DNA of 64,000 bases from Nitrososphaerota archaeon (GCA_041641305.1 JBEPYN010000003.1:1-64000), one strand, 5' to 3'. Shown: positions 38,806-49,086, numbered from the stretch's first letter. The notes: a model not told the origin generated them from the sequence alone. Translations and numbers: made by a program.

Positions 38806-39351
38806 TTGGGTGAGGAAGTAGTTAGCGTGGCCGCAAGCCTTGAGCTACTGGATGATGGCGAAGTTGTTTTTGTCGAGGGGGACTTGGGCTGGTTTAGGGA
38901 ACGTGGCTACGGCGACACGCGGGGAGACAGGCGATATGTCTTCAGCCCCGTTGAAACACTTTACCTCGTAAAACACGGGAAGGCCGAGGTTTACCGAAAT
39001 GGCCGGAAGCTCGGCTTCATCGAATTGCTAACCTTCTTCGCCGAGCGTGACCGCAACCTATGGCGAGACTACGTCATATACTTGGATTTGCGTAAAAGGC
39101 GATACGTTGTTAAAGAAGGGTTCGGCCCCAGGCTTCGGTTCAGAGTTTTTGAGAGGGGTGAGTATCCAGAGAAGCCTGCGAAATATCTCATCATTCCTCT
39201 CTATGAAGGTGAGAGCGTATCCGTCGATGAGCTCATTTCTCTTGTCAAGTCATGTAGAGCGATGGATAAGATAGCCGTTGTGGCGGTTTTGGATAGACGC
39301 AACGAGGTTGTGTACTACCACGCCACAGCGGTGGAGCTCCGGAACAGGTAG
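38806..39351 (+). CDS. tRNA-intron endonuclease subunit, probably structural (non-catalytic)
   Basis: SPVETLYL, YVIYLDLRKRRYVVKEG, AVLDRRNEVVYY; catalytic Tyr/His segment appears replaced (FRVFERGEYPEKPAKY). Confidence 0.8.
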   Translation: MGEEVVSVAASLELLDDGEVVFVEGDLGWFRERGYGDTRGDRRYVFSPVETLYLVKHGKAEVYRNGRKLGFIELLTFFAERDRNLWRDYVIYLDLRKRRYVVKEGFGPRLRFRVFERGEYPEKPAKYLIIPLYEGESVSVDELISLVKSCRAMDKIAVVAVLDRRNEVVYYHATAVELRNR

Positions 39352-39361
39352 GAGGAAGAGG

Positions 39362-40204
39362 ATGAGGGTACTGTCTTTTCTGAAGTTGATGAGGCCGCCC
39401 AACGGGCTGCTGATGTTTTTCGCCGTCTTGATAGGTGTGCTGTTCTCCGACATGAGGACAGTCAATCTCCAGCAAATCATCTTTGCTTTCGTAACATCTT
39501 TCGGCTTAACAGGTTCTTCGATGGCTTTGAATGACTATTTTGATAGGGAGGTTGATGTGGTCAACAACCCAAGCCGCCCCATCCCATCGGGAGAAGTTTC
39601 GCCTGCCTCAGCTGTTGCCCTCTCCTCCATACTGGCCGGTGCAGGCCTTCTTACAGCGTTTTTATCTTCCACGGCCTGTTTTGTCATGGCTGCAGTGGCT
39701 TTTGCCGTCTCTACAGTTTACAACATGTTCCTCAAAAAGACGGGGTTGTTGGGAAATTTCGCTGTAAGCTTCACCGTAGTGGCGCCGTTCCTCTATGGCT
39801 CTATTCTTGCCGACGGCTACGTGTCTTGGAGTGTGATTGTCTTCGCTGTGCTGGCTTTCTTGGCCAACACTGGCCGAGAGGTTGTCAAGGGCATTACAGA
39901 TGTGGAGGGTGATGCGGTGAGAGGTGTGGCCACGATTGCTCGGAAAAGCGGGCTGAGGACAGCGGCGCGGGTTGGGGCAGGGTTCTATCTTGCCGCGGTG
40001 GTGCTCAGCCCGGTTCCCTACCTACTCGATGTGGTCAACATCATGTATCTTCCCCTTGTCTCCGCAGCCGACGCCGGCTTCGTCTACAGCAGCATACGCG
40101 TGATAAGAAACCCGGAACCTGTTGAGGCTAAAAAGCAGAAAAACCTAACCCTGCTGTGGATGCTTTTCGCACTTGTCTCCTTCGCGGTAGGCGGCCTCCG
40201 CTAA
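39362..40204 (+). CDS. Digeranylgeranylglyceryl phosphate synthase (UbiA family)
   Basis: LMRPPN, NDYFDREVDVVNNPSRPIPSG, REVVKGITDVEGD. Confidence 0.88.
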   Translation: MRVLSFLKLMRPPNGLLMFFAVLIGVLFSDMRTVNLQQIIFAFVTSFGLTGSSMALNDYFDREVDVVNNPSRPIPSGEVSPASAVALSSILAGAGLLTAFLSSTACFVMAAVAFAVSTVYNMFLKKTGLLGNFAVSFTVVAPFLYGSILADGYVSWSVIVFAVLAFLANTGREVVKGITDVEGDAVRGVATIARKSGLRTAARVGAGFYLAAVVLSPVPYLLDVVNIMYLPLVSAADAGFVYSSIRVIRNPEPVEAKKQKNLTLLWMLFALVSFAVGGLR

Positions 40205-40854
40205 ACCTCGGCTAAAACTGTGCAGGGCGCGCTGTCAACCTCGTCAACGATAAGCGGAGCGACCACAACCCTCTTAAACACATTCGGCTTACCAATCAAA
40301 TCCATGTCCTCAATAATCAGGAAGCTTCGTCCGACCAGAAGCCGTCGATGAGCCTCACGCCCCTCCTCCCTTCTCATGGGAGAAGATATCGATATCATGT
40401 CGACGCCAAGTGCTCTGAGGTTGCTGAACTGTCGCAAAAATGACGCGGCCTCGGCTGACAGGCATGGACCCCGCTTCATGTAGGCCTCTGGGTCTTTTTC
40501 ACGGTAGCGTTGGAAACCTGTTCTTATAAGTAGAAGATCTGAGTGCTGCAGGGTTTTTCCATGTCTCTCGAGGTCTGAGGCAGTGATGAGCTCGCCGACG
40601 TCTTTGTCTACATCGATTAGCAGCGGTTTCTCGAAGACAAGCTCTTCAGCCTTGTATGATGATATTTTTCGGCCATGTGGGTCGAAGTGGTATGGGGCGT
40701 CGACATGCGTCCCTATGTGGTTGAGCAGCTTTATGAAGAATGTGTTGCTACTGTCACCCTTGGCAATCTGCTTATCTGGTGTAAACTCGGGCCGAGGCCC
40801 ATCATCGTAGCAGGGAGAATATCTTGTGAGAACATGGGAGAGGTAAATCCACAT
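40201..40854 (-). CDS. Cyclase / kynurenine formamidase family metal hydrolase
   Basis: HIGTHVDAPYHF, LLIRTG, LGVDMIS; likely start MWIYLSH. Confidence 0.85.
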   Translation of the reverse strand: MWIYLSHVLTRYSPCYDDGPRPEFTPDKQIAKGDSSNTFFIKLLNHIGTHVDAPYHFDPHGRKISSYKAEELVFEKPLLIDVDKDVGELITASDLERHGKTLQHSDLLLIRTGFQRYREKDPEAYMKRGPCLSAEAASFLRQFSNLRALGVDMISISSPMRREEGREAHRRLLVGRSFLIIEDMDLIGKPNVFKRVVVAPLIVDEVDSAPCTVLAEV

Positions 40855-40999
40855 CAGCCAACCCACATCCACAAAACAATCTATTAGACTTAACCATGCA
40901 GCATGGCCGCTGTTTGTCCAGAAGCCGAGCCCAACACGGTTTAAACCGGAAAAGCATGATAGAGGGTGGGCCACACTTTTATAATGAGACTCCGAGTGT

Positions 41000-42046
41000 T
41001 TGTTGGCTTTGAACGGTGTTTTGCGGCTTGGTTACTGGGCTGGTCTTGAACAGTATGACCCAGCGAGGATTGTGGCGCATTCTATACATGCGGAGGCTGT
41101 TGGCTTTGACATAATTGCGTTGAGCGACCATTTTCATCCATGGAGCGACACAGGTGGTCAGGCAGGGTTCCCGTGGATCGTGTTGTCAGCCGTAGCAGAA
41201 CACACGAAGAAAGTTGAGTTGGGAACAGCGGTGACCACGCCCTTTTTCCGCTACCACCCCGCCATAGTTGCACAAGCTTTCGCAACACTAGACTACCTAT
41301 ATCCAGGCCGCATATTCATAACCGTGGGAACCGGACACGCCATGAACGAGACACCTCTCGGCTTCAAATGGCCTGGATACAGAGAAAAAGTGGAGAGGCT
41401 CCGCGAAGCAATCGAGATAATTCAGCTGTTGTGGAAAGGTGACTTCGTAGACTACGAGGGTAAATACTATCAACTCAAGTCAGCCAAGCTCTACACAAAG
41501 CCGCTCACAAAAATCCCCATGTATGTCGCCACCTCCAACTCCACAGTCGCCGAGATAGCTGGAGAGCTCTGCGACGGCATACTAACCAACCCCCGTGGAA
41601 TGGATAAGTTCATGGAGATTATCACGGCCTTGGAGAGGGGTGCGAGGAAAGCTGGTAAAGATCCCTCGAAGCTGAGTAAATGTCTGGAGTTTAAGGTCTC
41701 TTACGACCATGACTACGACAGGGCTTACAAGGCTGCGTTGTTCTGGGCGCCGACGGCGATACCCCGTGAGAAACGGGAGAAAATCTCGGACCCAAGAGTG
41801 CTGGAGGCCATGGTGGGAGAAGAGGAGAGACGGAAAATTAAAGAGACATGGCTTATCACAACAGATGTGGACGACATCTTCAAATCCTTATCTCACCTGC
41901 TCAAACTCGGCTTCGACCGCGTCTACATCCACAGCGCCTCTCCCAACGAGGAGAAGTTCCTCAACCTGCTCGGCCGCGACATCCTACCATGGATGCGCGA
42001 GTTCTACGAACAGCTCGGCAGACCTATGAGGCCTGTACTGGAGTAG
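41000..42046 (+). CDS. F420-dependent LLM oxidoreductase, glucose-6-phosphate dehydrogenase (Fgd)-like subfamily
   Basis: EQYDP, SDHFHPW, GTAVTTP..RYHPAIVAQAFATL, GTGHAMNE. Confidence 0.85.
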   Translation: MLALNGVLRLGYWAGLEQYDPARIVAHSIHAEAVGFDIIALSDHFHPWSDTGGQAGFPWIVLSAVAEHTKKVELGTAVTTPFFRYHPAIVAQAFATLDYLYPGRIFITVGTGHAMNETPLGFKWPGYREKVERLREAIEIIQLLWKGDFVDYEGKYYQLKSAKLYTKPLTKIPMYVATSNSTVAEIAGELCDGILTNPRGMDKFMEIITALERGARKAGKDPSKLSKCLEFKVSYDHDYDRAYKAALFWAPTAIPREKREKISDPRVLEAMVGEEERRKIKETWLITTDVDDIFKSLSHLLKLGFDRVYIHSASPNEEKFLNLLGRDILPWMREFYEQLGRPMRPVLE

Positions 42047-43204
42047 CTAAGCCGTCACACTCTGATGCCATCTCAGAATGTATTCCGGCAGCTTGAATCC
42101 CTTGGACTCGAGACTCTCGACAAGCAATATGGGCAGGGGGCTGAGCGCGAACTCTGCGTAGACGTAAAACCTGTTCGGGCGGCCTGGCTCGTTTTTGACA
42201 GGGATTTCTAAAACGCTGTCGGCCATCGATGCGATGGTGCTGTCGGCGTTGCCGACGACCGCAGCAATCTGTCCACCCATCCGCTTGAAGCTTTTACACC
42301 ATGTCGACACTATCTCTGTTTCGCCGCTGCTTGAGATGACGATGAGTAGGTCACCCTGCCGCGGAGCGGGTGTGCTGGACTCCCGCGCCACGTAAACCTG
42401 GTCCCCAATGGCTCTCTTGATATGGCTCACCCTCACCGCCGTCATCCTAGCCACCTCGTAGCTGCTGCCGAGGCCCGCGAAGAAGCAGAGGCTCCTTGTC
42501 TCGAGCTTACGTGTCACGAACTCGTAGAACTCGGAAGAGAGGCTTTTCTCAACAACTTTACCTGCCTCGAGGCATATTTCTTTAGCGTTTTCATGTGCTC
42601 TTATCGGCAGGGCTTTGTCATATAGTGCTTCGGCCATTGCGTGGAACAGGGCTCCGCTCCCAAGTATGAATGTGTCCTCCATTATCCCCACGTCCCGGAA
42701 AACCTTCGCCTCCTCAGCCTCCGCAACCTCCTCACGCCCCATGAGATGGAGAACGTTTCCATATTTGCTGGCTATTTTTGCGAGCGGTGACTGAAGGTCA
42801 GAGGTGACGAGGTCTATTGTGTAGTCTCTGTGTGCGCCTGTTTTGCCTATGTATGATGCGAGATTCTGGGCGTCGACGAGAGGGGTGATGCTGCGGCCTG
42901 AGCCAGAGTTTATCAGCAAGCAGACACGGCCAAACCTCTGCTTGAGAATCGGAGCGGCTTCCGATATCTCTCTCCCCGGAAAACCCACATCGCCCCGGTC
43001 GATGACAATCTTTCCATCCCTCATTTTCGCCATCTCGCTGACCGCTATGCTCAACGCGCCCTTAGAACGGCCTTCGCCAAGCGGGATAATAACACCGGCC
43101 GATTGAATGTCGTGCAAAAGTCTCTCGAGGCTGTCGAGGTCAACGGTGCTGACGTTCCTGTATATCCTGTTTACATATCCAAGGCTTGATATAGTCTCGG
43201 ACAA
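42047..43204 (-). CDS. Tandem SIS-domain protein, 6-phospho-3-hexuloisomerase-like
   Basis: Two SIS units: LGEGRS...INSGSG and AGLGSS...GDLLIVISSSGET...STIASMAD. Confidence 0.7.
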   Translation of the reverse strand: MSETISSLGYVNRIYRNVSTVDLDSLERLLHDIQSAGVIIPLGEGRSKGALSIAVSEMAKMRDGKIVIDRGDVGFPGREISEAAPILKQRFGRVCLLINSGSGRSITPLVDAQNLASYIGKTGAHRDYTIDLVTSDLQSPLAKIASKYGNVLHLMGREEVAEAEEAKVFRDVGIMEDTFILGSGALFHAMAEALYDKALPIRAHENAKEICLEAGKVVEKSLSSEFYEFVTRKLETRSLCFFAGLGSSYEVARMTAVRVSHIKRAIGDQVYVARESSTPAPRQGDLLIVISSSGETEIVSTWCKSFKRMGGQIAAVVGNADSTIASMADSVLEIPVKNEPGRPNRFYVYAEFALSPLPILLVESLESKGFKLPEYILRWHQSVTA

Positions 43205-43272
43205 CTTTTTCCATGGTTACGGTTTCAGCCGAGGATAAAAGCCTAAAGCCTGCTTCTGTGAAGTTTTTTTCA

Positions 43273-43357
43273 GCGGGGGTCGCCAAGCCTGGTCAACGGC
43301 GCAGGGTTCAGGCCCCTGTCCCGAAGGGGTTCGTGGGTTCAAATCCCACCCCCCGCA
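43273..43357 (+). tRNA. tRNA-Leu(CAG)
   Basis: Acceptor GCGGGGG/CCCCCGC+A; anticodon arm CAGGG-TTCAGGC-CCCTG; long variable arm; GGTTCAAATCC; no intron, CCA not encoded. Confidence 0.95.
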
Positions 43358-43415
43358 TCATGTCATAAACCTAATAATCGGTTTTTCAGTGATTGATTAG
43401 GTATACTGGTTAGGT

Positions 43416-44930
43416 ATGAAGGGTTTGAGGGTTGTTGTAGACGAGTCCGCACTGCGTCTAGGGGTTGCTGGAGAATTTGCCGCAGAGCATGGTGGAGCTG
43501 TTCTGGTGCATCGGGCGTTGTTGAAGCATTTGCAGGAACGGGCTTTTTCAGGCGACTTGGCTGCTTTGGACGGGTTGAGGAGTTTGGTGGCTTCATACGG
43601 TGAGCGCGTGGAGTTTGTCGGAGAGGCTGGTGGAGACGGGTGGCGCGACGCTGTGCTTGAATACTGTAGGAGCAACCATGAAACACTGTTGACCGCTGAC
43701 CCGCTCGTGGCAAGGGTCGCCGAATCCATGGGAGTTTCATACCGCTACATGGTTCCCGAGCCGCCGCTGCAGCTCGAGTCAGTTTTCTCAGGCGATGTGA
43801 TGAGCCTTCATGTGAAGGAAGGGCTTGAGCCGAGGATTAAACGCGGCCACCCCGGCCGCTGGGTCTTCGAATCCATCAGAGACAAGCCCATGTCGAGGAC
43901 GGAGATAGAGTCGCTTGTCTCCACAATCATGAAAACAGCTTTCGACGTTTTCGGCACAGAGGCCTTCGTCGAAATAGACAAGCCCGAGCTGACGATTCTC
44001 CAGCTCGGCCAGTTCAGGATAGTGATCACGCGGCCGCCGCTCTCGGATGGGATGGAGATGACTGTTGTCAAACCTGTTTTGAGGGTTCGGCTGGATGATT
44101 ACAGACTTCCGTCCAAGGTTCTCGAGAGGCTTGAGAAACGGGCCGAGGGCATTTTGATAGCGGGTCCGCCGGGAATGGGGAAGTCGACCTTTGCCCAGGC
44201 CCTCGCCGAATACTATCGCAACATGCGTAAAGTCGTGAAGACTGTTGAGAGCCCGCGGGACCTCAACCTTCCGCCCGACATAACACAGTATTCTAAGAGC
44301 GCTGCAAAGGACGGGGAGATACACAACGTGTTGCTGCTCAGCAGACCCGACTACACGGTGTTTGACGAGATGCGTGAAGCACGGGACTTTGAGATGTACA
44401 TTGACCTCCGTTACGCGGGCATCGGGATGATAGGCGTCATCCACGCCAGCACACCCATCGACGCACTCCACAGGATAGCGAACAGAGTTGACATAGGAAT
44501 ACTTCCCTCAATAGTAGATACACTCATCTTCATGGACAAGGGCCGTGTCGCAAGCATCCACACCCTCGAGGTTGTGGTCAAGGTGCCAGCAGGACTCAAG
44601 AGAGCCGACTTGGCGCGGCCTACTGTCGTAGTCAAAGATTTCTTAAACGACGAGCCTGTCTACGAACTCTATGTCTTCGGGGAACGCGTGTTCTTCGTAC
44701 CCATAAAGGCATCTGAGGACCGTGGAGGCGAGCTTGCTGTTATGCGCCGCATAATTGGGAAGCATCTCTCTGACTTCAGCGTTGACAGGATAGGTGATAG
44801 GGTTGTAGTCTCCATCGGCACAGGCGAGATGAGAACCTACTTCAAGAAGTGTCAGAACAAGGTGCTGCGGATGGCTAAGCACATGGGGCTGGAGGTTGAG
44901 GTGGTTCCCAAGCAGGGCCCCGAAACTTGA
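43416..44930 (+). CDS. Second PINA-type ATPase paralogue with degenerate PIN and KH domains
   Basis: DVMSLHVKEG, ITRPPLSDGME, EGILIAGPPGMGKSTF, ESPRDL, RPDYTVFDEMR; collinear with 7062..9521. Confidence 0.88.
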   Translation: MKGLRVVVDESALRLGVAGEFAAEHGGAVLVHRALLKHLQERAFSGDLAALDGLRSLVASYGERVEFVGEAGGDGWRDAVLEYCRSNHETLLTADPLVARVAESMGVSYRYMVPEPPLQLESVFSGDVMSLHVKEGLEPRIKRGHPGRWVFESIRDKPMSRTEIESLVSTIMKTAFDVFGTEAFVEIDKPELTILQLGQFRIVITRPPLSDGMEMTVVKPVLRVRLDDYRLPSKVLERLEKRAEGILIAGPPGMGKSTFAQALAEYYRNMRKVVKTVESPRDLNLPPDITQYSKSAAKDGEIHNVLLLSRPDYTVFDEMREARDFEMYIDLRYAGIGMIGVIHASTPIDALHRIANRVDIGILPSIVDTLIFMDKGRVASIHTLEVVVKVPAGLKRADLARPTVVVKDFLNDEPVYELYVFGERVFFVPIKASEDRGGELAVMRRIIGKHLSDFSVDRIGDRVVVSIGTGEMRTYFKKCQNKVLRMAKHMGLEVEVVPKQGPET

Positions 44931-46162
44931 TGGAAAAGCCTCTCACACAATCTGAAGAAAGAGAAGAATACCTCTGCAACGTTTGCCACGGAATTGCGCG
45001 ACTTTGCAAACTCAACACATGTCCCTTCTACCGCGGCCTACTTAGGCAAAACATAGCAGCCAAGCTCAGAGGCCGGGAGCTGGGCGGCCCCTCTCCGCCA
45101 ACATTCCTGGTAGGAGAGAAGGGGTATCCACGTGTTGCACTGGGCTCAGCCGTGGTCTATGCAGACGACGTTAACCCGCTTCTGCTCGAGTCGCCTTCTA
45201 AGTGGCTGGAGTTCTCCGTCGACGAGCTGCTGCGTCTGCGTCTCTCCCTCTTCCTCGGCCTAACCATCAACCACGTCAAAACACCTACACATGCAAGAGG
45301 CCTCTTCACGGCGATGCAAGAGTCGGCGGCGTCCACCAAACCCGTTGAGATCGAAATAACCACAGCAGGCACGGTGAACACTCTACCAGGCTTCAGCATA
45401 CGCACGGCGCCCTATGGGCCATCGGCCCGGATTGAAAAAGTAAAACTCGTAAGTAACGTCACCGTGCCCCGCAAGGTGGACAGCTACTTGAACGATCCCT
45501 ACGTCAAAGCAGAGGAGGCCCTTACCAGTCTCTATAAAACTGGCCATGACGAATACTATCTCACACGGCTTTTCTCAGCAGGTCTACTCGGACTCGCAAG
45601 ACAGAGAAAGCTGGTGCCGACGGAGTGGAGCATCACAGCCGTAGATGACATCCTCTCCAAACAATTGTATCAGCAGGTCAAACACTACAGCATCATAAAC
45701 GAATATCGTGTCCACAGCTACTCTGCTGTGGAAAATTCCGCCACCATAATCCTCACTCCAACCCCCTGGATGTATGAGCTTCTCGAGGGCTGGCTAAAAT
45801 ATAGAAACAACCCACCATACAGCGACCACGAAATACTCAGGCCGAGAAAAACTTACGCGGAAAACACGGGGGGAGCATACTACGCCGTACGGCTCTCCCT
45901 GCTGAGACATCTTGCCGAGAGACGTGAACAGAGTGGCGCCATAGTGTTTTTCGAGATCAAGCCGGGATGGGTTCCGCTGGGTGTCTGGCGTTTCCGCGAA
46001 ATCGTGAAGAAGGCTCTGGAACAACGGTGTGAACGTTTTCAGTCTCCTGACGAGGCTCTCGCCCATATCGAGCCACGTCTCTCTATCCCGCTACACGCTT
46101 ACATCAAGCAAAGCAGCCTCATATCATTTCTAAGAAAACAGAGTACGATAGACATGCTTTAG
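44927..46162 (+). CDS. nreA: Nre-family DNA repair protein
   Basis: N-terminal CNVC...C....CP; GPSPP.FLVGEKGYPRV; RKLVPTEWSITAVDD; GGAYYA; PLGVW; C-terminal PIP-like QSTIDML. Confidence 0.88.
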   Translation: MMEKPLTQSEEREEYLCNVCHGIARLCKLNTCPFYRGLLRQNIAAKLRGRELGGPSPPTFLVGEKGYPRVALGSAVVYADDVNPLLLESPSKWLEFSVDELLRLRLSLFLGLTINHVKTPTHARGLFTAMQESAASTKPVEIEITTAGTVNTLPGFSIRTAPYGPSARIEKVKLVSNVTVPRKVDSYLNDPYVKAEEALTSLYKTGHDEYYLTRLFSAGLLGLARQRKLVPTEWSITAVDDILSKQLYQQVKHYSIINEYRVHSYSAVENSATIILTPTPWMYELLEGWLKYRNNPPYSDHEILRPRKTYAENTGGAYYAVRLSLLRHLAERREQSGAIVFFEIKPGWVPLGVWRFREIVKKALEQRCERFQSPDEALAHIEPRLSIPLHAYIKQSSLISFLRKQSTIDML

Positions 46163-46214
46163 CAAGGACGTGCTCGTGCAACATAGATTTAAGGCGGGTT
46201 TGAATTGTCACAGC

Positions 46215-46643
46215 ATGTCTTCTCCAATCAGATTAGAGGTTTTGCTTGCGCTGGTTGCTTTCCTCTGCCTTGGTTTAACAGATTTTTTACGTAAGAAGGG
46301 GGCGGCCGCTGGCGCAAATTCTTTCAGCTACCTGCTTGTTGAGACGGTTGTGCTTCTCGTGCTTCTCCCATTCGTGGCCACGGTGTACAGCGGAAAACTG
46401 ACGCTGAGCCTCTCGGGAACATTACCCTACGCCATCCTCTCCGGCGTAACAATAACCGTCGCACTCTTCGCCATGTTATCAGGCCTATCAATTGGCGAGG
46501 GAAGCCTCGTAATCCCCATCTCAAGGCTAGGCCTAGCGCTTGCGACTTTGCTCAGCCTCTTTCTTCTCAACGAGTCAATCACCCTAACCAAGGTGCTGGG
46601 CATCGGGCTGGCGGTGGTCGCCGTCTTTCTCCTATCTAAATGA
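46215..46643 (+). CDS. EamA/DMT family transporter (single repeat)
   Basis: 5 TM; GEGSLVIPI, LLNESIT..KVLGI. Confidence 0.8.
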   Translation: MSSPIRLEVLLALVAFLCLGLTDFLRKKGAAAGANSFSYLLVETVVLLVLLPFVATVYSGKLTLSLSGTLPYAILSGVTITVALFAMLSGLSIGEGSLVIPISRLGLALATLLSLFLLNESITLTKVLGIGLAVVAVFLLSK

Positions 46644-46793
46644 TGTCCTCCAACGGTGTTTTGACGTACCAGCTGTGGCCGCATCTTGGGCAGTAGAGGC
46701 TCCACACTTTTCTGACATGCGAGTCGCTTGGCTTGGTGGGGATCGTTAACCGGTAGCCGCATTTTGGGCAGGTGTACTCGTCCTCTACGCTGG

Positions 46794-47270
46794 TCAAATC
46801 GGGGCCCTTGCGTCGAGCTTAACCCAATCAGGGTAGCTGTAGTTCTCTGCCCGGTAGTCGGGACGGTAGGGCTTAAGGTCTATCACAGGTGTGCCGTCAA
46901 ACAGGTCGAGACCATTCACATACAATGTATTCCCCTCCCGCCTAACAAGCTTGACCAACGTAAGAGCTATCGGGTTGGGCCTCACAGGCGAGTCCGTCGA
47001 GAAAACACCCAGGGTCGGAAGCTCCTCCTCACGCATCCCCAGCCGCAGAAGCCGCCTCGGCTTCACCTTGAGAAGTGACCGGTGCTCTGGCTTCGACTTG
47101 TGGAAGACCGCGATGATGAATAAGTGGGTGTAATTCTCTACACCGTCCAGCGCCTCTTCATACTCCGGCAGTATCTCGACGCGTCCCGGGACAGCACCGG
47201 CGTTCTGCTTCACGTACTCATCATCGAAGTCAACACGCACATAGCCGACAATCTTGAACTCCATCCACAA
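46794..47270 (-). CDS. tsaA: TsaA/TrmO-family tRNA (t6A) methyltransferase-like protein
   Basis: GVFSTDSPVRPNPIAL, GLDLFDGTPVIDLKPY. Confidence 0.88.
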   Translation of the reverse strand: MWMEFKIVGYVRVDFDDEYVKQNAGAVPGRVEILPEYEEALDGVENYTHLFIIAVFHKSKPEHRSLLKVKPRRLLRLGMREEELPTLGVFSTDSPVRPNPIALTLVKLVRREGNTLYVNGLDLFDGTPVIDLKPYRPDYRAENYSYPDWVKLDARAPI

Positions 47271-47298
47271 TAACGCTTCTTTGCTTGATTTAAGTGTG

Positions 47299-47655
47299 TC
47301 ATTTACCTCTCATCTTCTCTATGTATTCCATGAGGGCTGTTGCGTTGTTGTGAAGTGTGTCCCTTGCAGAAAAGAGAAGCGTTACCGTGCCATGTCTCTG
47401 CTCGAGTTCAAGAATCATCTTGACAGCCTCAGGTTTTTGGCTAAGTTCCCTGAAATAACGCTGCTTAAACTCATCCCATCTCTCAGGCCTGTGACCAAAC
47501 CATTTCCTCAGAGAACTTGTTGGCGCAACATCCTTCAGCCAAACATCCACAGCCGCGCGGTTTTTCTCCAGTCCACGAGGCCACAGCCTATCAACCAGCA
47601 CCCTACATCCATCCTCCCGAGAAGGAGGCTCATACACACGCTTAACCCTAATCAT
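47299..47655 (-). CDS. DUF488 (YeaO-like) protein
   Basis: IRVKRVYE...DGCRVLVDRLWPRG, WLKDVAP..LRKWFGH, HNNATAL. Confidence 0.9.
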   Translation of the reverse strand: MIRVKRVYEPPSREDGCRVLVDRLWPRGLEKNRAAVDVWLKDVAPTSSLRKWFGHRPERWDEFKQRYFRELSQKPEAVKMILELEQRHGTVTLLFSARDTLHNNATALMEYIEKMRGK

Positions 47656-47822
47656 GAAACACAGCACTACACATCTGTAAAAATCTTTTCCAACATACGT
47701 CAAAAGACCAAGTTCGCACATGTTCATCCATCAACTTGACATTTTCCTTCTCCCCGCATCATCAGAGTGAATCAGGAATACTTTTTTGTTAGCATCAGAC
47801 ATGTAGATGTTGGTGTGATGAA

Positions 47823-49058
47823 TTGAGTTCCTCCGTTTATGATGTTTGGAGTTTGGCGGATGAATGGGGGCCTGAGAAGGTTGTTTTCGCCTATGATCCC
47901 GACACGGGAATGAGGGGCGTTCTGGTTATCGACAACACGGCCATCGGACCTGGGAAAGGCGGAATAAGGTTCACCCCAACCGTTACACCTGTTGAAGTGT
48001 TTCGGCTGGCCAGAGTTATGACCTGGAAATGCGCCCTCGCGGGTCTTCCCTTTGGCGGCGCAAAGGGCGGAATTATGGGTGACCCGAATAATGTGGACAG
48101 AGTGGCTTGGATGAGGTCTTTCGCCAAAGCGATTAAGCCCTACGTTCCGCTTCAATACGTGGCCGCCACAGACATGGGAACGACTGAGCTCGACATGGCT
48201 GTCTTCGCTCATGAGGTCGGTGATGTCAGAGCATGCACAGGCAAGCCCAGCGAAATGGGCGGGATACCGCATGAACTCGGAACAACGGGATACGGTGTCG
48301 CAGTGGCTACAGACCTTACACTTAGTATGCTCAACAAATTTGGCTCGATCAGCCTGAACCCACGGGAGGCAGCAGTGGCCATTCAGGGATTTGGAAACGT
48401 CGGCTCCTTCACAGCAAAGTTTCTCGACGAGCTTGGCTACAAAATTGTCGCTATATCAGACATCTCGGGATGCATACACGACCCCGAGGGACTCGACATA
48501 CCCCACATCATGAGAGAGCTTCAAACAGTTGGTATGATAAGGAAACTTTCAAGATATGAAATACACCCCGCGGAAAAAATCTTCGATGTGAAGTCGGATG
48601 TCTTCATACCCGCGGCAACCTCTGACACAATTAACACCGAAACTGCGCCTAAGCTGATCAAAGCTGGAACAAAGTTGGTTATCGAGGCGGCCAACATACC
48701 CACCACATCCGAGGCAGAAAAAATGTTGGTTCAGAAAGGGGTTTGGGTAGTTCCCGACTTCGTAGTTAATGCTGGAGGAGTCATCGGCTCTTATGTCGAG
48801 TATAAAGGGGGAACAGAGAAAGAGGCCTTTGAACTCATAAACTACAAGATCAGCACAAACGTCAAACTCGTGGTAACACTCGCACAACAAAACGGCTCAA
48901 CACCCAGAGAAATAGCTAAAGAAATCGCGAAAACACGGGTCAAAAGAGCCATGCTACTCCGCCGCGGAGCCATAGACGTGGCTCGAGAATATTTCGCACG
49001 ACAGAAACAACTCTACGAGTTCATGATTCCAGACCTCAGAAACACAACGCATCCTTAA
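47823..49058 (+). CDS. Glu/Leu/Phe/Val dehydrogenase, second paralogue
   Basis: GPGKGGIRF, LPFGGAKGG, QGFGNVG, EAANIP, PDFVVNAGGVI. Confidence 0.9.
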   Translation: MSSSVYDVWSLADEWGPEKVVFAYDPDTGMRGVLVIDNTAIGPGKGGIRFTPTVTPVEVFRLARVMTWKCALAGLPFGGAKGGIMGDPNNVDRVAWMRSFAKAIKPYVPLQYVAATDMGTTELDMAVFAHEVGDVRACTGKPSEMGGIPHELGTTGYGVAVATDLTLSMLNKFGSISLNPREAAVAIQGFGNVGSFTAKFLDELGYKIVAISDISGCIHDPEGLDIPHIMRELQTVGMIRKLSRYEIHPAEKIFDVKSDVFIPAATSDTINTETAPKLIKAGTKLVIEAANIPTTSEAEKMLVQKGVWVVPDFVVNAGGVIGSYVEYKGGTEKEAFELINYKISTNVKLVVTLAQQNGSTPREIAKEIAKTRVKRAMLLRRGAIDVAREYFARQKQLYEFMIPDLRNTTHP

Positions 49059-49086
49059 ATAATCTGCAGCAAAAAGGACACCAGAC

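Noticed and set aside
46640-46716. ATGATGT...TTGA...CTGA possible C/D sRNA in an intergenic gap
   Set aside because: Imperfect C box, no clear C' box, longer than typical, and no target identified
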